The position numbers were made by a program, and so were the translations under genes. 64,000 nucleotides of DNA from Octopus sinensis. Taxonomy: Eukaryota. Below are positions 26,703 through 41,063 of the stretch, piece after piece. Positions within the stretch are counted from its first letter, which is position 1. Each line of letters begins with the position of its first letter. The notes under the pieces are model-generated. The model was given only the letters and a program-made list of their open reading frames with translations, was not told the origin of the DNA and ran no database searches. Location: assembly GCF_006345805.1 (NCBI RefSeq), contig NC_043006.1, forward strand, positions 59,334,001 to 59,398,000. The letters are read 5' to 3'.

Positions 26703-27157
26703 TGTATAGTAAGCGATTTCATTTATTGGTGCATATAGTGAGTGCAATTAGTTCGAAAATTAACAGATGCATATAAAGGTTACATTTTCGGTGCTCATTT
26801 AATCCCTCATTTAATTATGGGATTTAGAGTTAAATATACAGCTATCTATACACACACACAACACACACGCATGCATACGTACACACATATAATACATTCA
26901 TACATACATACATACATACACACACACACATACACGCGCGCGCGCACACATTCACACATCTAGAGTAGATGTAAATTCTAGAGAAAAAATACATATCCGA
27001 AATTTTCACGAAAGTTTAGTATGTAAATTCAGCATTTGAAATAGAATTATACATACATACATACATACATACATACATACATACATGCATACATACATAC
27101 ATACATACATGCATGCATGCATGCATACATACATACATACATACATACATACATACA

Positions 27158-27191
<34 letters not shown>

Positions 27192-27943
27192 CATGCATAC
27201 AAAAGTGTGCTGCCTTATCATCAGTGTATTAGATTTTATTCTATCTTATTTTTGTTCCCTTATTCTTTCATCCTTGAATATTTTATTTCATTGCTTATAT
27301 GAGGAGAATTCTTTTATTATACCTCAGTTCCTTATGGAGACGGGAGTATGATACACTAACTAAAATCTAATAAGCAAAACGGCAAGTAAAAGTTGAGGTA
27401 CTTGCTTAAAAGTCACCCGAAGAAACACATCAGAACCTTTGATGCATGACTATTGTTTGTACAGTGTCTGACCTGTAAGGTAGCGGGGTATGATGGGTCG
27501 AAACGATCGTAGTGGTTCTGAATTAAGAGTCTTGGGAATTCCATTTTCTATCTCATCTCCTTCATTTTTCACATAAACTTTATGGACACAAAGGAATTCC
27601 TGAAATAAATCCAGTGGCATATACCAACACATTGTTGTTGACATCAGGTAGTCGAATACTGTGAACGGGCTTTAAACAACATATTACAAAGTGTATACCC
27701 AAATATAAATATGGCACTACATACATATATACACACTGCTCTTTGATGTTGAAATTCCAATGAAGGAGCTTTGTATCTAGGATAGAAACCGGCTCTTTCT
27801 CTATTGGCGAGAAATCTTGAAATAAAATTGAATAATGACATACATGCATACATGCCAACACAAACATGCTCATATAGACACATACATACAAACGTAAACT
27901 TATGTATCATTTGATTGAAGCTGCATGTGTTTGCTTAATTTAG

Positions 27944-28071
27944 AAATATCTGCCACTGCGTCGACAAAGGACCAGCCGAAAATACTAAAGTAGAGCCATG
28001 TTTTTTAAGGTGTGAAGATAATCCATTTCAGGAATGTGGAGGCTATCAAAAGATTAGTCTTTTAAAAAACC
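27944..28071 (+). CDS. WSC gene exon: WSC1 second half (phase 2-1)
   Basis: ttgcttaatttag|...|gtaagt; NICHCVDKGPAENTKVEPCFLRCEDNPFQECGGYQKISLLKN. Confidence 0.88.
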
Positions 28072-28279
28072 GTAAGTAGGCTATTTGCATTCTTCCTCAT
28101 CATCCTAATGTCTTGTTAACACCGTCATATTGTTTCCTAACTTTGAAACGTCCATTCAGTAAGAAAAACGGTGACTCGGTTGAAAATGAAGTTTCATTCC
28201 TTTAAAAAATTTACCTCGATGTACTCACAATGTTATTAGTATTTGTTTTGTCATGGTGGAATGCAGCATCTGAACTCGT

Positions 28280-28980
28280 ACCATTACCCACATAGGAGTC
28301 CATATCTACCCTAGCTAACTCCATGCAGTCTTCTACTACTGATATTAACCCTCTTCCACCTTCCTTCCTAGGTAGGTATAATATTGCAACTCCTGCTCTT
28401 GGGTGGAGTCCTTCATTCATATTGAATTTATTCCTAATTATTCTGTTTAGCTTTGCTAATTCAGTTTTTTTCCAAACTACAAACGCGTCTGAGTATCTAA
28501 ATAACGATACTGCCCGAGTATTTACAGCCTTCACTAGATTCGAACCATTTAGCTTTGACTTCATTAGCTTCCTCACCCTTCTGAAGTACTCCTTCTCAGT
28601 TTTCGCTTTCATTTCTGTTGTTAGTACTCTGTCAGATTCTAATACTCCTAGATAGTTATAAGCTCTCTCCTCTTTTCAATGATTTTAATGTCTGGTCATC
28701 TGGTAATTATTCAAACCCCAACGAATTTCTCTCAGTACAGGTCTATGATGTTTCCCCTCTACTTTTTCTCGTGATATGAGATGCACATTCCGTCAGCCAC
28801 CAAGGGACATGCTCAACTGGTTAAGGCCAAACAACTGACAAACAAATCTGAGGTATTAAGTAGAATGTTTGTTGTAGACCATCTTTTATACCAAGACTAA
28901 ACATGTACTTGATAACACTTCCAACCTGTCAAGATCAGAAGCCATGAGAGCCAGTGCTTGGTACTGCATCAAGGCAGATT
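28280..28980 (-). mobile_element. R4/Dong-like (RLE) LINE RT-thumb fragment and adjoining repeat, next to (TTA)n
   Basis: YNYLGVLE..KEYFRRVRKLMKSKLNGSNLVKAVNTRAVSLFRYS..LHPRA..LYLPRKEGGRGLISV. Confidence 0.85.
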
Positions 28981-28985
28981 TATTA

Positions 28986-29041
<56 letters not shown>

Positions 29042-29544
29042 GGAAAACTTTTTAATATGTTAAAAGTGAAAATTAACTTTACTTCTAATTGACCAGACCT
29101 GTGATCAAAGTCTTATTAGCCATGCCAATTCAATCTTTTTTACGGTATATTAGGTTATATCATCTAATGTGTTCATTACTTGTTTAAGACTCTAGTTTCT
29201 GAGTAGAGAGAAGTTAGGCTGATATTTCTAGCATGTCGGAAGACCACAAAGAAGTTTCGTCGATGATTCCTAAATGTATCTCTCATTCTTACAGGCAAGT
29301 GAGTCTGAGAGATATGTAAAGAGATAAAAGTAAGAAAGAAAATATATAAAAAGGTAGTTTTTCAATTAGATTCAAGTTAATTATGCACTGCATTTGCTAA
29401 TTATGTTTTCCGGTAAATTAGGAACAATGTTTCAACCGATGCGAGAATTTGATAAGAAAATGGTTCAGGAATTATTCTTAGATATTTTCTTTACTTGTTA
29501 CTGTGATCAGGCAACGCAGTACAATCTTTAGATGTTATACAGTT

Positions 29545-29707
29545 AGGTGCAGGAGTGGCTGTGTGGTAAGTAGCTTGCTAACCAGCCACATGGTTCCGGG
29601 TTCAGTCCCACTGCGTGGCATCTTGGGCAAGTGTCTTCTGCTATGGCCCCGGGCCGACCAATGCCTTGTGAGTGGATTTGGTAGACGGGAACTGAAAGAT
29701 GCCCGTC

Positions 29708-29788
<81 letters not shown>

Positions 29789-29994
29789 TATTTGTGCCCC
29801 TAGCATTGCTTGACAACCGATGCTGGTGTGTTTACGTCCCCGTCACTTAGCGGTTCGGCAAAAAGAGACCGATAGAATAAGTACTGGGCTTACAAAGAAT
29901 AAGTCCCGGGGTCGATTTGGTCGACTAAAGGCGGTGCTCCAGCATGGCCGCAGTCAAATGACTGAAACAAGTAAAATAGTAAAAGAGTAAAAGA
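29545..29994 (+). mobile_element. SINE family A, full length
   Basis: Complete copy. Confidence 0.95.
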
Positions 29995-30127
29995 GTTATT
30001 TCATTATGTATACGATTCATCTAACAATCCTCGCAACCATGTACATTTCTTCTCGTTTAATCTATATAAAGACAGTATAACTTGCAGCATATTTTTAGAT
30101 GTATTTTTCTTTCTCTTTACCTTGCAG

Positions 30128-30151
30128 ACTTCTTCTCGAAACATGACCGCC
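30128..30151 (+). CDS. WSC gene 24-nt linker micro-exon (phase 1-1, HFFSKHDR)
   Basis: Very strong acceptor tttttctttctctttaccttgcag and donor gtaagt; open in the required frame. Confidence 0.7.
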
Positions 30152-30206
30152 GTAAGTATAAAAAAAATTTGAAACACACTGCAGCATTAGTTGCTCTCAA
30201 GTAAAT

Positions 30207-30591
30207 TGGGAAGCACTCCGTCAGTTACGACGACGAAGGTTCCGGTTGATCCGAATCAACGGAACAGCCTGCTCGTGAAATTAACGTGTAAGTGGCTGAG
30301 CTCTCCACAGACACGTGTACCCTTAACGTAGTTCTCGGGGATATTCAGCGTGACACAGAGAGTGACAAAGCCGGCCCTTTGAAATACAGGTACAACAGAA
30401 ACAGGAAGTAAGAGTGAGAGAAAGTTGTGGTGAAAGAGTACAGCAGGGATCACCACCACCACCTGCCGGAGCCTCGAGGAGCTTCAGGTGTTTTCGCTCA
30501 ATAAACACTCACAACGCCCGGTCTGGGAATCGAAACGACGATCCTATGACCGCGAGTCCGCTGCCCTAACCACTGGGCCATTGCGCCTCCC
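30207..30591 (-). mobile_element. tRNA(Arg)-like SINE family C with 13-bp TSD
   Basis: TSD CTCTCAAGTAAAT at 30194-30206 and 30592-30604; TCG at the anticodon-loop position. Confidence 0.95.
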
Positions 30592-30649
30592 CTCTCAAGT
30601 AAATAGAAGTATTTCAAATACCTCTTCTAACAACGTTTAATATATAAAT

Positions 30650-30795
30650 AGTTCAAATTCCGCCGAGGCTGACCTTGCCTTTCATCCTTTCGGGTTCGAT
30701 AGAATAAGTACCAGTTGAACACTGGGGTCGGTGTAATCGACTTACCCCACCCACCTCCGAAATTGCTGGCCTTGTGCCAATATTTGAAATCAATA
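30650..30795 (+). mobile_element. SINE family B fragment
   Basis: GTTCAAATTCCGCCGAGG..GCCTTTCATCCTTTCGGG..AAGTACCAGT. Confidence 0.8.
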
Positions 30796-31411
30796 TTTAA
30801 ACAATTCCGAATATTTCATAATACGTATTTCAAAGAATCACAGCTAATTGAATTGTATTCATACACTTAAATACACACTTATTTGTATGTTCACATTGAA
30901 TAGTTGTAGTGAGGACAGTTGGTGTTGTGAGAAAAGCTGTAGGGTTGACAACATAGCTAAACAGTGATGTACTTGTGAGAAAAGAAGAATTTTAGGATGT
31001 AGATGTGAAGCCGGATGAACACTGAAATGAAGCTGTTAAGACAATACTTGCGAGAAGGGATGTAGCTGTGATGGCAACTGAAGTTTCTAGAAGAGCTAGA
31101 GCAGCGAAGACAAGTTAAGTTAGATGTGTATGTGTTCCTTGGTCTCTTGTGTATCAGCTTGTTCATATACGCGAGTCCTAGCGTGTGTGAATATGTGGTT
31201 TAAAAGATGTGAATGTAACAATGCGTACCTATACCCATGCATATATATATTTGATTACGGATACACCTGATATATGTATACGCATACGTACGTATATATA
31301 TATATATATATATATATAAGTAAAAAAGAATGAGTGCGTTCGTTGCATAAATAATAGTTTCAGGATTTAATAAAAAGACAACAAATCGAAAGTATGTCAT
31401 ACCTGTGTGTA

Positions 31412-31832
31412 TATTTCTCTTTTCTCTTTTCTCTTTTACTTGTTTCAGTCATTTGACTGCGGCCATGCTGGAGCACCGCCTTTAGTCGAGCAAATCGACC
31501 CCGGGACTTATTCTTTGTAAGCCCAGTACTTATTCTATCGGTCTCTTTTGCCGAACCGCTAAGTGACGGGGACGTAAACACACCAGCATCGGTCGTCAAG
31601 CAATGCTAGGGGGACAAACACAGACACACAAACACACAAACACACATACACATACATATATATATACATATATACGACAGGCTTCTTTCAGTTTCCGTCT
31701 ACCAAATCCACTCACAAAGCATTGGTGGGCCCGGGGCTATAGCAGAAGACACTTGCCCAAGATACCACGCAGTGGGACTGAACCCGGAACCATGTGGTTG
31801 GTTAGCAGGCTACTTACCACACAGCCACTCCT
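31412..31832 (-). mobile_element. SINE family A, full length
   Basis: Inverted relative to 29545-29994. Confidence 0.95.
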
Positions 31833-32137
31833 ATATATATATAAATTTAAAATAGAAACATATAGTAAATAAACATACGAACATATAGTAATTACACAGA
31901 CGAACAGAAAACACAGAAAGTCACTAACCCCTCTTTAGTTATCGGCCAGATGGTCAAGCGCAATTTCGGCCATTATCGATAATATTACTTCCACTCTGGA
32001 GGCACCGGCAAGAAACATACCGGGAATGGGACCCAAACATAACGAAACAAGACCGTTAGTGGACGGACGAGGGACAAAACGAACAGAATAAAGGCTTAGG
32101 GCCACGCGAAGACAACAATTAAAGTGATAATAATATA

Positions 32138-32535
32138 TCTTCTTTATATATAAAAGTGAGGTTGTGTGCTGTCTCTCTCCTACGATTTAGATTCCTAACT
32201 ACTCCCACATTTTGCGGTGCAGTTTAACCAAAACCGGGTATCTTATAGTCGTGATTCATATCGAGCCCTTCTGGGTATTAGCGCGCGTCTACGATGAGTC
32301 TACGATTTTTAAAAAATACCATCAATTTTTCCCATTTTTAATGCATCTTTGGCAAATATAAGGGAAGTAACTCTCTAAAAATTTATTATTAAATCTCAGA
32401 ACGTAAAAAGCTACAGTAACAACCCCCCCCCTTTGTGGTTAGCCATATTGAGATGGCTATTATACTTTACATCTCTAAAAATGCTTATATAGTTATTTCC
32501 CTTACAAACCCAAGCAACGCCGGCGATACTGCTAG
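32138..32535 (+). mobile_element. Non-autonomous Helitron
   Basis: A|TC 5' end, GC-rich subterminal motif CCCAAGCAACGCCGG, CTAG|T 3' end, no TSD. Confidence 0.85.
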
Positions 32536-32767
32536 TACACCATAAAAAAGAAGACTTAAGAATGCAAGACAAGACAAAAATGGGTAACGCTAAGGAGAAA
32601 TGGAAACTGTCCTAAAGGACTATACACACGGGAGGAGTGGAGTATGGAGCTCATAATATCGTGGCCGGTCCGGTCGAAGGCATCGCGAAAAAGAATGACA
32701 CCGCCTTAGGCTGTCAGGGATCACGTGATAGTGGGAGGAGGATAACAGAGAAAGACAGACAGCGAGG

Positions 32768-32809
<42 letters not shown>

Positions 32810-33184
32810 AAGGAAACTGAGAGAAGGGAGGAGCTCAGACAATCACGACCAGATCGGTGATCAAATGTATGGAAGCGTGGTGTTATATAAAGTCGTTGAC
32901 TCGAATATGATGTTTGCTCTCTAATCAATGTTTTTATATATATATATATATACACACACACGAACATATACTAAACACATAGTCGAACAAAAAACAGAGA
33001 AGGTGACCAACTTCTCTTCAGTTATTGACCAGAGTGTCAAGCACAATTTCCGCAATTATCGATAAATATTGATTCCACTCTGGAGGCACCGGCAAGAAAC
33101 TTGCCGGGAATGTGACCAAAACATAACAAAACGGGACGGGCTCGAGACTCGTGTTATCCTAAGGGGGGGGGGGTTGCTGTATAT

Positions 33185-33585
33185 CTTTTACTCTTTTACT
33201 CTTTTACTTGTTTCAGTCATTTGACTGCAGCCATGCTAGAGCACCGCCTTTAGTCGAGTAAATCGGCGCCAGGACTTATTCTTTGTAAGCCTAGTACTTA
33301 TTCTATCGGTCTCTTTTGCCGAACCGCAAAGTTATGGGGGACGTAAACACACCAGCATCGGTTGTCAAGCGATGTTGGGGTGACAAACACAGACACACAA
33401 ACACACACACATATACATATATACGACGGGCTTCTTTCAGTTTCCGTATGCCAAATCCACTCACAAGGCTTTGGTCGGCTCGAGTCTATAGTAAAAGACA
33501 CTTGCCCAAGGTGCCACGCAGTGGGACTGAACCCGAAACCATGTGGTTGGTAAGCAAACTACTTACCACACAGCCACTCCTGCGG
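33185..33585 (-). mobile_element. SINE family A, full length
   Basis: Complete copy. Confidence 0.95.
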
Positions 33586-34480
33586 CTATGGATTATTATC
33601 ATTTTAATTGTTGTCTTTGTGTGGCCCTAAACCTTTCTTCTGTTTATTGTTTTGTCCCTCGTCCGTCCACTAAAGGTCTCGTCTCGAGCTCGTCTCGTTT
33701 TGTTATGTTTTAGCCTCATTCCTGGTATGTTTCTTGCTGATGCCTCCACAGTGTAATATTATCGATAATGGCCGAAATTGCGCTTCTCCCTCTGGCCGAT
33801 AACGGTAGAGGAGTTGGTGATATTTTGTGTTTTCTGTTCGTCTGCGTATGTTGTATATGTTCGTATGTTTATTTACTACAAGTATTTGTAAAATTATGTA
33901 TATATAGATGCAGGTATGTCATATTTTCCGTTTGTTGAACGAACAATTCAAAATACGAATTAATAACGAAAAGAGAAAAAAATATTTAAAAAACCAATGT
34001 GAGAGCGTGCACAAGAATTATATTAGTTTGACGCTCGGTGAAAGAGAGAGTTTTTAAGGTTTCGAGCATAAATCTTCGTCGGAAAGGAGAAAAGAAGCAG
34101 TCCAAAGAAAAAGAGGGAAAATTGCCAACGGCCCTCGTGTGATTACATTTATCTATGTCAGTATTCAATTGATGGCTGTATGAGTGTATAAATGTGTAAG
34201 TGTTCATTTTTGTTTCTCTGTGTTTCCATACATTTTCCCTACCATCGCATGCGTATATTTGATTATAGACGCTTACGTGAAGCCTACACAAGCGCGCACA
34301 CACATACACGTACTTGTATACAAACATATAAAATACATGCATAATAATATATATATATATACATATGTTTACAAGTATGGAAGTACGAATGTGTAGATGT
34401 AAATGTTTGTACGAGCGCATATTGTGTACACTTGGTCGTGTGTGTATGTTTGTTCGTATGTGTGTGTGTGTGTGTGTGTG

Positions 34481-34513
<33 letters not shown>

Positions 34514-34936
34514 TGCATATCTATATAGCTGTCAGAGAAAATATTTTCGGAGCTCTTGAAATATTGTATTGCCGATATCTGAGACAATCAGCCGCCTTAT
34601 TGAATATCTAGAATATGCTATATCTAATTATTTATCATTAGGAAGAAATGTTCTTTCCTCACCGACACTTTTAAGTTTGCACAATGAGAAATGAGAAATA
34701 CGTCTTTAATTTTACTTATTTGAATCCAGTATCTACAACCAGACATTTCCTTCGAAGAATTTATCAGAAGTAGGATTGTTTCTTTCCAATAAAACATGGA
34801 CGATTCTCTTCAAGTCTTATTATGCATCCGATAAACAATATATTTCATGAAGTTTAACTGATAATGCTTCAGATATTATATTACAATATGGCATTTTTGT
34901 ACAGAAATACATAGATGTTAATATCATAGAATAGTG

Positions 34937-35155
34937 TAAGGTGGCGGGCTAGCAGAATCGTTACTGCACTGGACAAAATTGCTTAGCGGCATTTCGTCCG
35001 TCTTTACGATTTGAGTTCAAATTCCACCGAGGTAGACTTTGCCTTTCGCACTATCGCAATCGATGAAATAAGTACCAGTTGAGTCCTGGGGTTGATATAT
35101 TTGTCTTACGCCCTCTCTCGAAATTGCTGGCTTGTGCCAAAAATTGGAAACCATT
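34937..35155 (+). mobile_element. SINE family B (older copy)
   Basis: AAGGTGGCGGGCTAGCAGAATCGTT..GAGTTCAAATTCC. Confidence 0.85.
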
Positions 35156-35313
35156 ATTACTTGAGACAGTGGAATCGTCCTTATGATAGAAATTAATGTT
35201 ACTGGAAGTAAAACACAAATTATGAAGTATGGAGTGGCTGTGTTGTAAAACAATTGCTTCCCGACTGCATGATTCCGAGTTCAATCTTGTTGCGTGGCAC
35301 CTTGAGCAAGTGT

Positions 35314-35734
35314 TAAGGCGGTGAGCTAGCAGAAGCGTTAGCACGCCGGGCGAAATGCGTAGCCGTATTTCGTCTGCCGCCACGTTCTGAGTTCAAATTC
35401 CGCCGAGGTCGACTTTGCCTTTCATCCTTTCGGGGTCGATTAAATAAGTACCAGTTACGCACTGGGGTCGATTTAATCGACTTAATCCGTTTGTCTATCC
35501 TTGTTTGTCCTCTCTGTGTTTAGCCCCCTTGTGGGTAGTAAAGAAATAGGTATTCCGTCTGCCGCTACGTTCTGAGTTCAAATTCCGCCGAGGTCGACTT
35601 TGCCTTTCATCCTTTCGGGGTCGATTAAATAAGTACCAGTTACGCACTGGAGTCGATATAATCGAGTTAATCCGTTTGCCTGTCCTTGTTTGTCCCCTCT
35701 GTGTATAGCCCCTTGTGGGCAGTAAAGAAATAAT
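35314..35734 (+). mobile_element. Partially dimeric SINE family B inserted into a family A SINE (35229-35773)
   Basis: TSD CTTGAGCAAGTGT at 35301-35313 and 35735-35747; the body is repeated at about 35365-35549 and 35550-35732. Confidence 0.92.
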
Positions 35735-36503
35735 CTTGAGCAAGTGTCTCAGGCCGACCAAAGCCTTGTGAGTCATATCTTCGATATAAATGCATGTGTA
35801 TCATGGACTTGCGTTAACGCATGCGCAATGATATCCAGTAATCGCTCTCACAAATTGTTTACTTTTAGATATTAAATGCACGTTCTGTTAACAAATTGTT
35901 TTGCAATATTTTTATCTTATAGGTTCTTTAAATTTTACATTTTCATCTGGCGCATGTTTTGCCAGCGTTCTACTAAGAATTAATATTTCATTGCTTGGGA
36001 TACCTACACACATATATATACCCCACCCTCCTATCGATTCTGTTGTCTCATAACTTCCAGAAAAAAAGGATAATTTATAAAGAAATTTTCTACGAATACG
36101 CTTCCGATGGTGAAGATTCCGATCATATCGAAATTTGTGGGGTGAATCATTTTTCTTGGGTAAGGAGAGAGTTTCGGAAAATCCACAGGGTAGCCTTTGT
36201 TTCCTCATAACTTTCGGGAAATAGATGTTTTTGATGAAATCTTCAAATGCCTTTCAGTGGGTGTAGATTACGATTATATAGGAATTTAACACGAAAGAGA
36301 AATAAAAATGGTGAGCTCGCACGTATGCATACTGACATACATCACATGTATCTACAACAATTTTGAAATATATTGTGGTGTATATCAGTATGTATGTGTA
36401 CAAGTCTAATTTTTCACATCATATTCCGATGATGTAATCATAATTTATAGACGCAGGAGTAAAGAGTAATTCTTCACTGGACCGCTTAGATGGAAATATA
36501 TAC

Positions 36504-36583
36504 GCTATTAATTTCAGAAAACCTGCCTTATGATCCTGTGGCTCAGCAAGGACGTTTCATCTTCTTGTTATACACACGCACAC

Positions 36584-36648
<65 letters not shown>

Positions 36649-36729
36649 GTGTGCGTGTGTATAACAAGGAGATGAAACGTCCTTGCTGAGCCACAGGATC
36701 ATAAGGCAGGTTTTCCTGAAATTAATAGC
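36504..36729. repeat. About 68-bp inverted repeats flanking a CA/TA/TG microsatellite
   Basis: GCTATTAATTTCAG..CTTGTTATA / ATAACAAGG..CTGAAATTAATAGC. Confidence 0.9.
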
Positions 36730-37657
36730 AATGATCTGCTGGTATATATACGAATGTGTGTATGTATGCATGTATATGTGTGTATACATAGGTATGGATG
36801 TATATATAAATGTATTTATGTATACATGTGTGTGTGTATGTGTGTGTGTTTATGAACATATGTGTGCATGCTTCTGTACATACAGGAATGTTCTTTCATA
36901 GACCTACAAAAATTTCAGAAAAAGCGGAAAACGCGGGTGAGAAAGCAGAAAACCGGTATTATAGAAATGTATCCCAGTTTGTGTTCGGTCCTTTGGGAAA
37001 TTGTCAATAATTACATTCATATTCCCAATGAATAAATCAATATTCACCGATTGCTTGTATCCGGTTGTCGTACGTAAAAGTAATCATAGAAAACATTAAA
37101 TTAATTTCAGTGTTGAATTTTGGTAAACGTTGTATTTCCAATGAGAATCATGGTGCTAATAAAGAATGGGAGGCAATTCACCATCCAGCTTGTCAAACGT
37201 ATAGTAAGTTGCTTTTTTTTTTGTGTTTTTTGTTTGTTATTTATGGTTTATTTGTAAGTGTGTGTATGTATGTGTCTGTGTGTGCGCGCGCGCGCGTGAG
37301 TGTGTAAAGTATATCTTTACTCCCATACACATACATACATGCATATATGATTCTATGTATATATTCCTATATATATATATATATATGCATATATGTATGT
37401 CTACCTATCTGTTTGTCTGTCTGCTTGGCTGAGTGTCTGACCATATGTACGTCTTTTCCTGTGTCTGTCTGTCTGTGCATCTGTATGTCTGTCTATCTGC
37501 ATTTATGTATGTATCTATGTATGCATGTATGTATATATATATGTATCCGTCAGTCTATATACATACACATAATAACATATTTTTTATATATAATTTAGCA
37601 GACAAACTTTATTGATTTGTTCCTCTTTTATGCCTAAATATTGTGTCAATAGTTTAC

Positions 37658-37708
<51 letters not shown>

Positions 37709-37743
37709 TAATATATACATATATATATATACACACACATATA

Positions 37744-37794
<51 letters not shown>

Positions 37795-38146
37795 GTATAT
37801 ATATGTATATATATATATATGTATATATATATATGTATATATATAATATATATGTATATACATATATATATATATACATATATATATATATTATATATAT
37901 ATATATTATGTTATATCTTTTAATTGCATATCGTTTACTTTTCTTTATGTGATATTATTTATATGTAATTGTTATTCACACATCATACCTTTTTAATTTT
38001 TTTTACATGTATATGTATGTATGTATATTTTTACTTTTATATATATATTTATATATATTGCATACCTTTTACTTTTTTATATTTATATATACTTTTTATT
38101 TACATTTGCAAATCACATATCGTACCTTTCTTTATTATGTATGAGC

Positions 38147-39575
38147 TACTCCGCGTCGGTCACCGGAGTAATATTTGATCACTTTACAGAGTGTCTGAGT
38201 GTCGGCGTGGTGTCTGGAATGGGATAGCTTACCTCATGGACAGGTAGAAGCTCTTTAAACTTGGTTGGTAATCTACCTAGGAGAAGGAAGTCTCCGAAAT
38301 AAACCTGGGGGCTTGGAAGTTCCTGGTTTGTCAATTTCCATGTCCCACCGGCGAAACTCTTCTTGGGCCAATAGGTGAGGGGTAGTGTAATGCAAGCTAC
38401 ACCCACTGAAAATCATTCATTTGCACATATATTTCCTGTACACTAAGTTTTAGTAAAATCATTGAATTGGTTGGTTGGCAGAATCCTAAAAATGCACTTG
38501 AAACTTACTCCAAAATGTCTCAAACAGATTCAGTAAATGGCAAAAAATGCTTGGGAAAGTCAGGGGAGCAGGCCTGGCTCGGCAGATGTCCCAGTGTATC
38601 ACAGGCTGGACCCGGTCGTCATCCTGCCACTGTGGTCAAACAATCTTCAAGAAAAAGTAAAAATAAACATCCTTTGAATTTCGATGGTTGGAATGTGCGC
38701 ACACTTCTTGATGATAATTTCAACAAGAGGCCAGAAAGGCGTACTGCACTTATTGCATGCGAGCTCAAGAAATATTCCCTTGATATAGTTATGCTCTCTG
38801 AAACTCGTCTCTCTGGTGAGGGTCAAGTAAATGAATCTACTTATGGATATACTATCTTTTAGAGAGGCCTACCTAAAGGTCAGCGTAGAGAATCTGGTGT
38901 TGGGTTTGCTCTCAAGAATACATTAGTATCCTCCATTGCAGAGCTTTCAAGTGGTACATCTAAACGGATCATGTCATGCCGTATTAAACTGACAAAAGCT
39001 AGGTTTCTTACCGTTGTCAGTATTTATGCACCAAAAATATCCCATTCTGATGAAACTGTAGGACAGTTTTATGACAATCTAGCACGATTATTGAGGAAAG
39101 TACCAATTTGACAAGCTGATCATATTGGGAGATTTCAATGCAAGAGTCGGGAAAGACTATGTTTCATGGCCTGTTTTAGGTCGACATGGGATTGGAAAAT
39201 GCAATAAAAATGGAGTAGCTCTTTTGACGTTTTGTACTGAGAATAATCTGGTTGTCACCAATACTCAGTTTAAGCAGAAAAACATATAAAACCACCTGGA
39301 TGGACTCAAGATCTAAGCACTGACATCTCATAGATTATATTCTGATCAGGAAACGTGAAATGAAAGACGTTTCTAGCGTTCGGATCATGAGTGGGGCAGA
39401 GAGGGGAACTGACCATCATCTAGTGCGTGGAAAAATAGATTTTTCGATAATGCCTATAAATCGACAGTCTGGTCGTAAGGTACCCAAAATGTTAAATATT
39501 GCAAACTTTAAATTATCAAGCTACTTGCAAAGATTCCGCAATGCTATATTGAGCTGCACTTTTCAAAAATTGCTC
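38147..39575 (+). mobile_element. RTE LINE 5' part: UTR and AP-endonuclease pseudogene
   Basis: [63 protein letters not shown], with stops and frameshifts. Confidence 0.92.
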
Positions 39576-39979
39576 TAAGAATAAGAACAAGGTAAAATTA
39601 CTATCTGCTTTTAAAGCAAGGTGATGACGGTTTTGATTGGATCAAAGGAAGATGACGAACAATATCTGTCGACATGAGCTGACTCCTGAAACGTTATTTA
39701 ACTATTTTTGCTCCTAACTTTTTGGACGAATACTGATTATATCAGCCCCAGATCATCAAAAGACAAAACAGAATCCAGAAAAATTTGAACTAAGCACAAA
39801 AAGGGAACTCTGCAAATATCATTGTCTATATCTAAATGTTTTTCGATGTATATCAAGTGAAATATGTAACCATTGACGAGAACGTTTCGAAGAAACCTAT
39901 CTTATACTATGTATTTAGCCCGATGTCCAATGGACGTTATCTTCTCACTTTTGACATTGTTAATATACCGGAGCAGTAA

Positions 39980-40195
39980 TATGGTGAGCTGATAGAATCT
40001 TTAGCACGCCGGACAAAATACTTTGTGACATTCCGTGCGTTTTTATGTTCTGAGTTGTTCAAATTCCACCGAGATCGACTTTGCCTTTCATCATTCCGGA
40101 GTCGATAAAATAAGTACCAGTTGAGCATTGAGATCGATGTAATCGTGTAGCCCATACCCCGAACATGTTGGTCCTGTGCTAAACTTTTGAAATCT
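39980..40195 (+). mobile_element. Decayed SINE family B
   Basis: CGACTTTGCCTTTCATCATTCCGGAGTCGATAAAATAAGTACCAGT. Confidence 0.8.
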
Positions 40196-40262
40196 ACATT
40201 ACAGAGTAGTGATCCTCCACATAGAAACATTAATATACTTCACAAAATGAGATAAAATTTAA

Positions 40263-40299
<37 letters not shown>

Positions 40300-41063
40300 T
40301 GTGTGTGTGTGTGTATGTGTGTGTGTGTCTGTGTGTGTGAAAAGACATGTAAAAGAGTTTGGTAAAGTAATTTAATAAAAATTCTTCTGCACATATTAGT
40401 ATTCACATTAAAAGTTGTTTTACGTGTAGAAGCGAGCTATAAATAATGGTGTAACTTAAGGAAGATCTCACTGGCGTCTCGACTACGAGATCAATCATGA
40501 TTTTCAAGGGAAATCTATGTTTTGAATTTCTATTGCAAATATGGGGTTTAGAACTACTCGGTAAATATAACTAATATAGACATGGAGATTAAATAAATGA
40601 TTATTCTTTCGAAAACGAAATAGAATCAATATCGATGCAGGTTCTAAGTCAGTGTTCTTATTTTATTGATCTTCACTGTTCATACGCAATTTTGTGGAAA
40701 TGGGGAAATATGCTCCCTTGATACATACACGTTTTAGAATTTGATGGTGGGGGTATTTTCTTGCTTGTAACTTCAGGAATATGAAGGGACAAGAAATTTG
40801 AATAAAAGTATAAAGATTCTTAGCTGTAATCTTTATAGCTGATTTGTTAAAACTTTCACATTGATCACCTACATCAATCTCACCCACAAACATTTTGGGC
40901 ATCTTAAGCTATCATTAAACTATCTCGTTAAAAATGTTCCAGAACATTTTAAATTAGTTTTAATATGGCATCTTGTCACAGTATTTAAGTAACACTCGGT
41001 TCTCATCTACCGGCATTATGAGAAATAATCGAAGATAAATTTTCTTATTATTTTGCATGATAG

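Larger units (their letters stand above)
31855..33940. repeat. Three copies of one repeat (31855-32130 -, 32960-33150 -, 33590-33940 +), probable pseudo-LTRs, with nested insertions
   Basis: Shared ATTATCGATAA..TTCCACTCTGGAGGCACCGGCAAGAAAC. Confidence 0.65.

Noticed and set aside
29295-29298. ttcttacag|GCAA|gtgagt
   Set aside because: A 4-nt exon would break the frame; likely chance in AT-rich DNA
30900-31190. Purine-rich, coding-looking stretch
   Set aside because: Short frames with stops, no splice support and no motif; possibly an unrecognised TE relic
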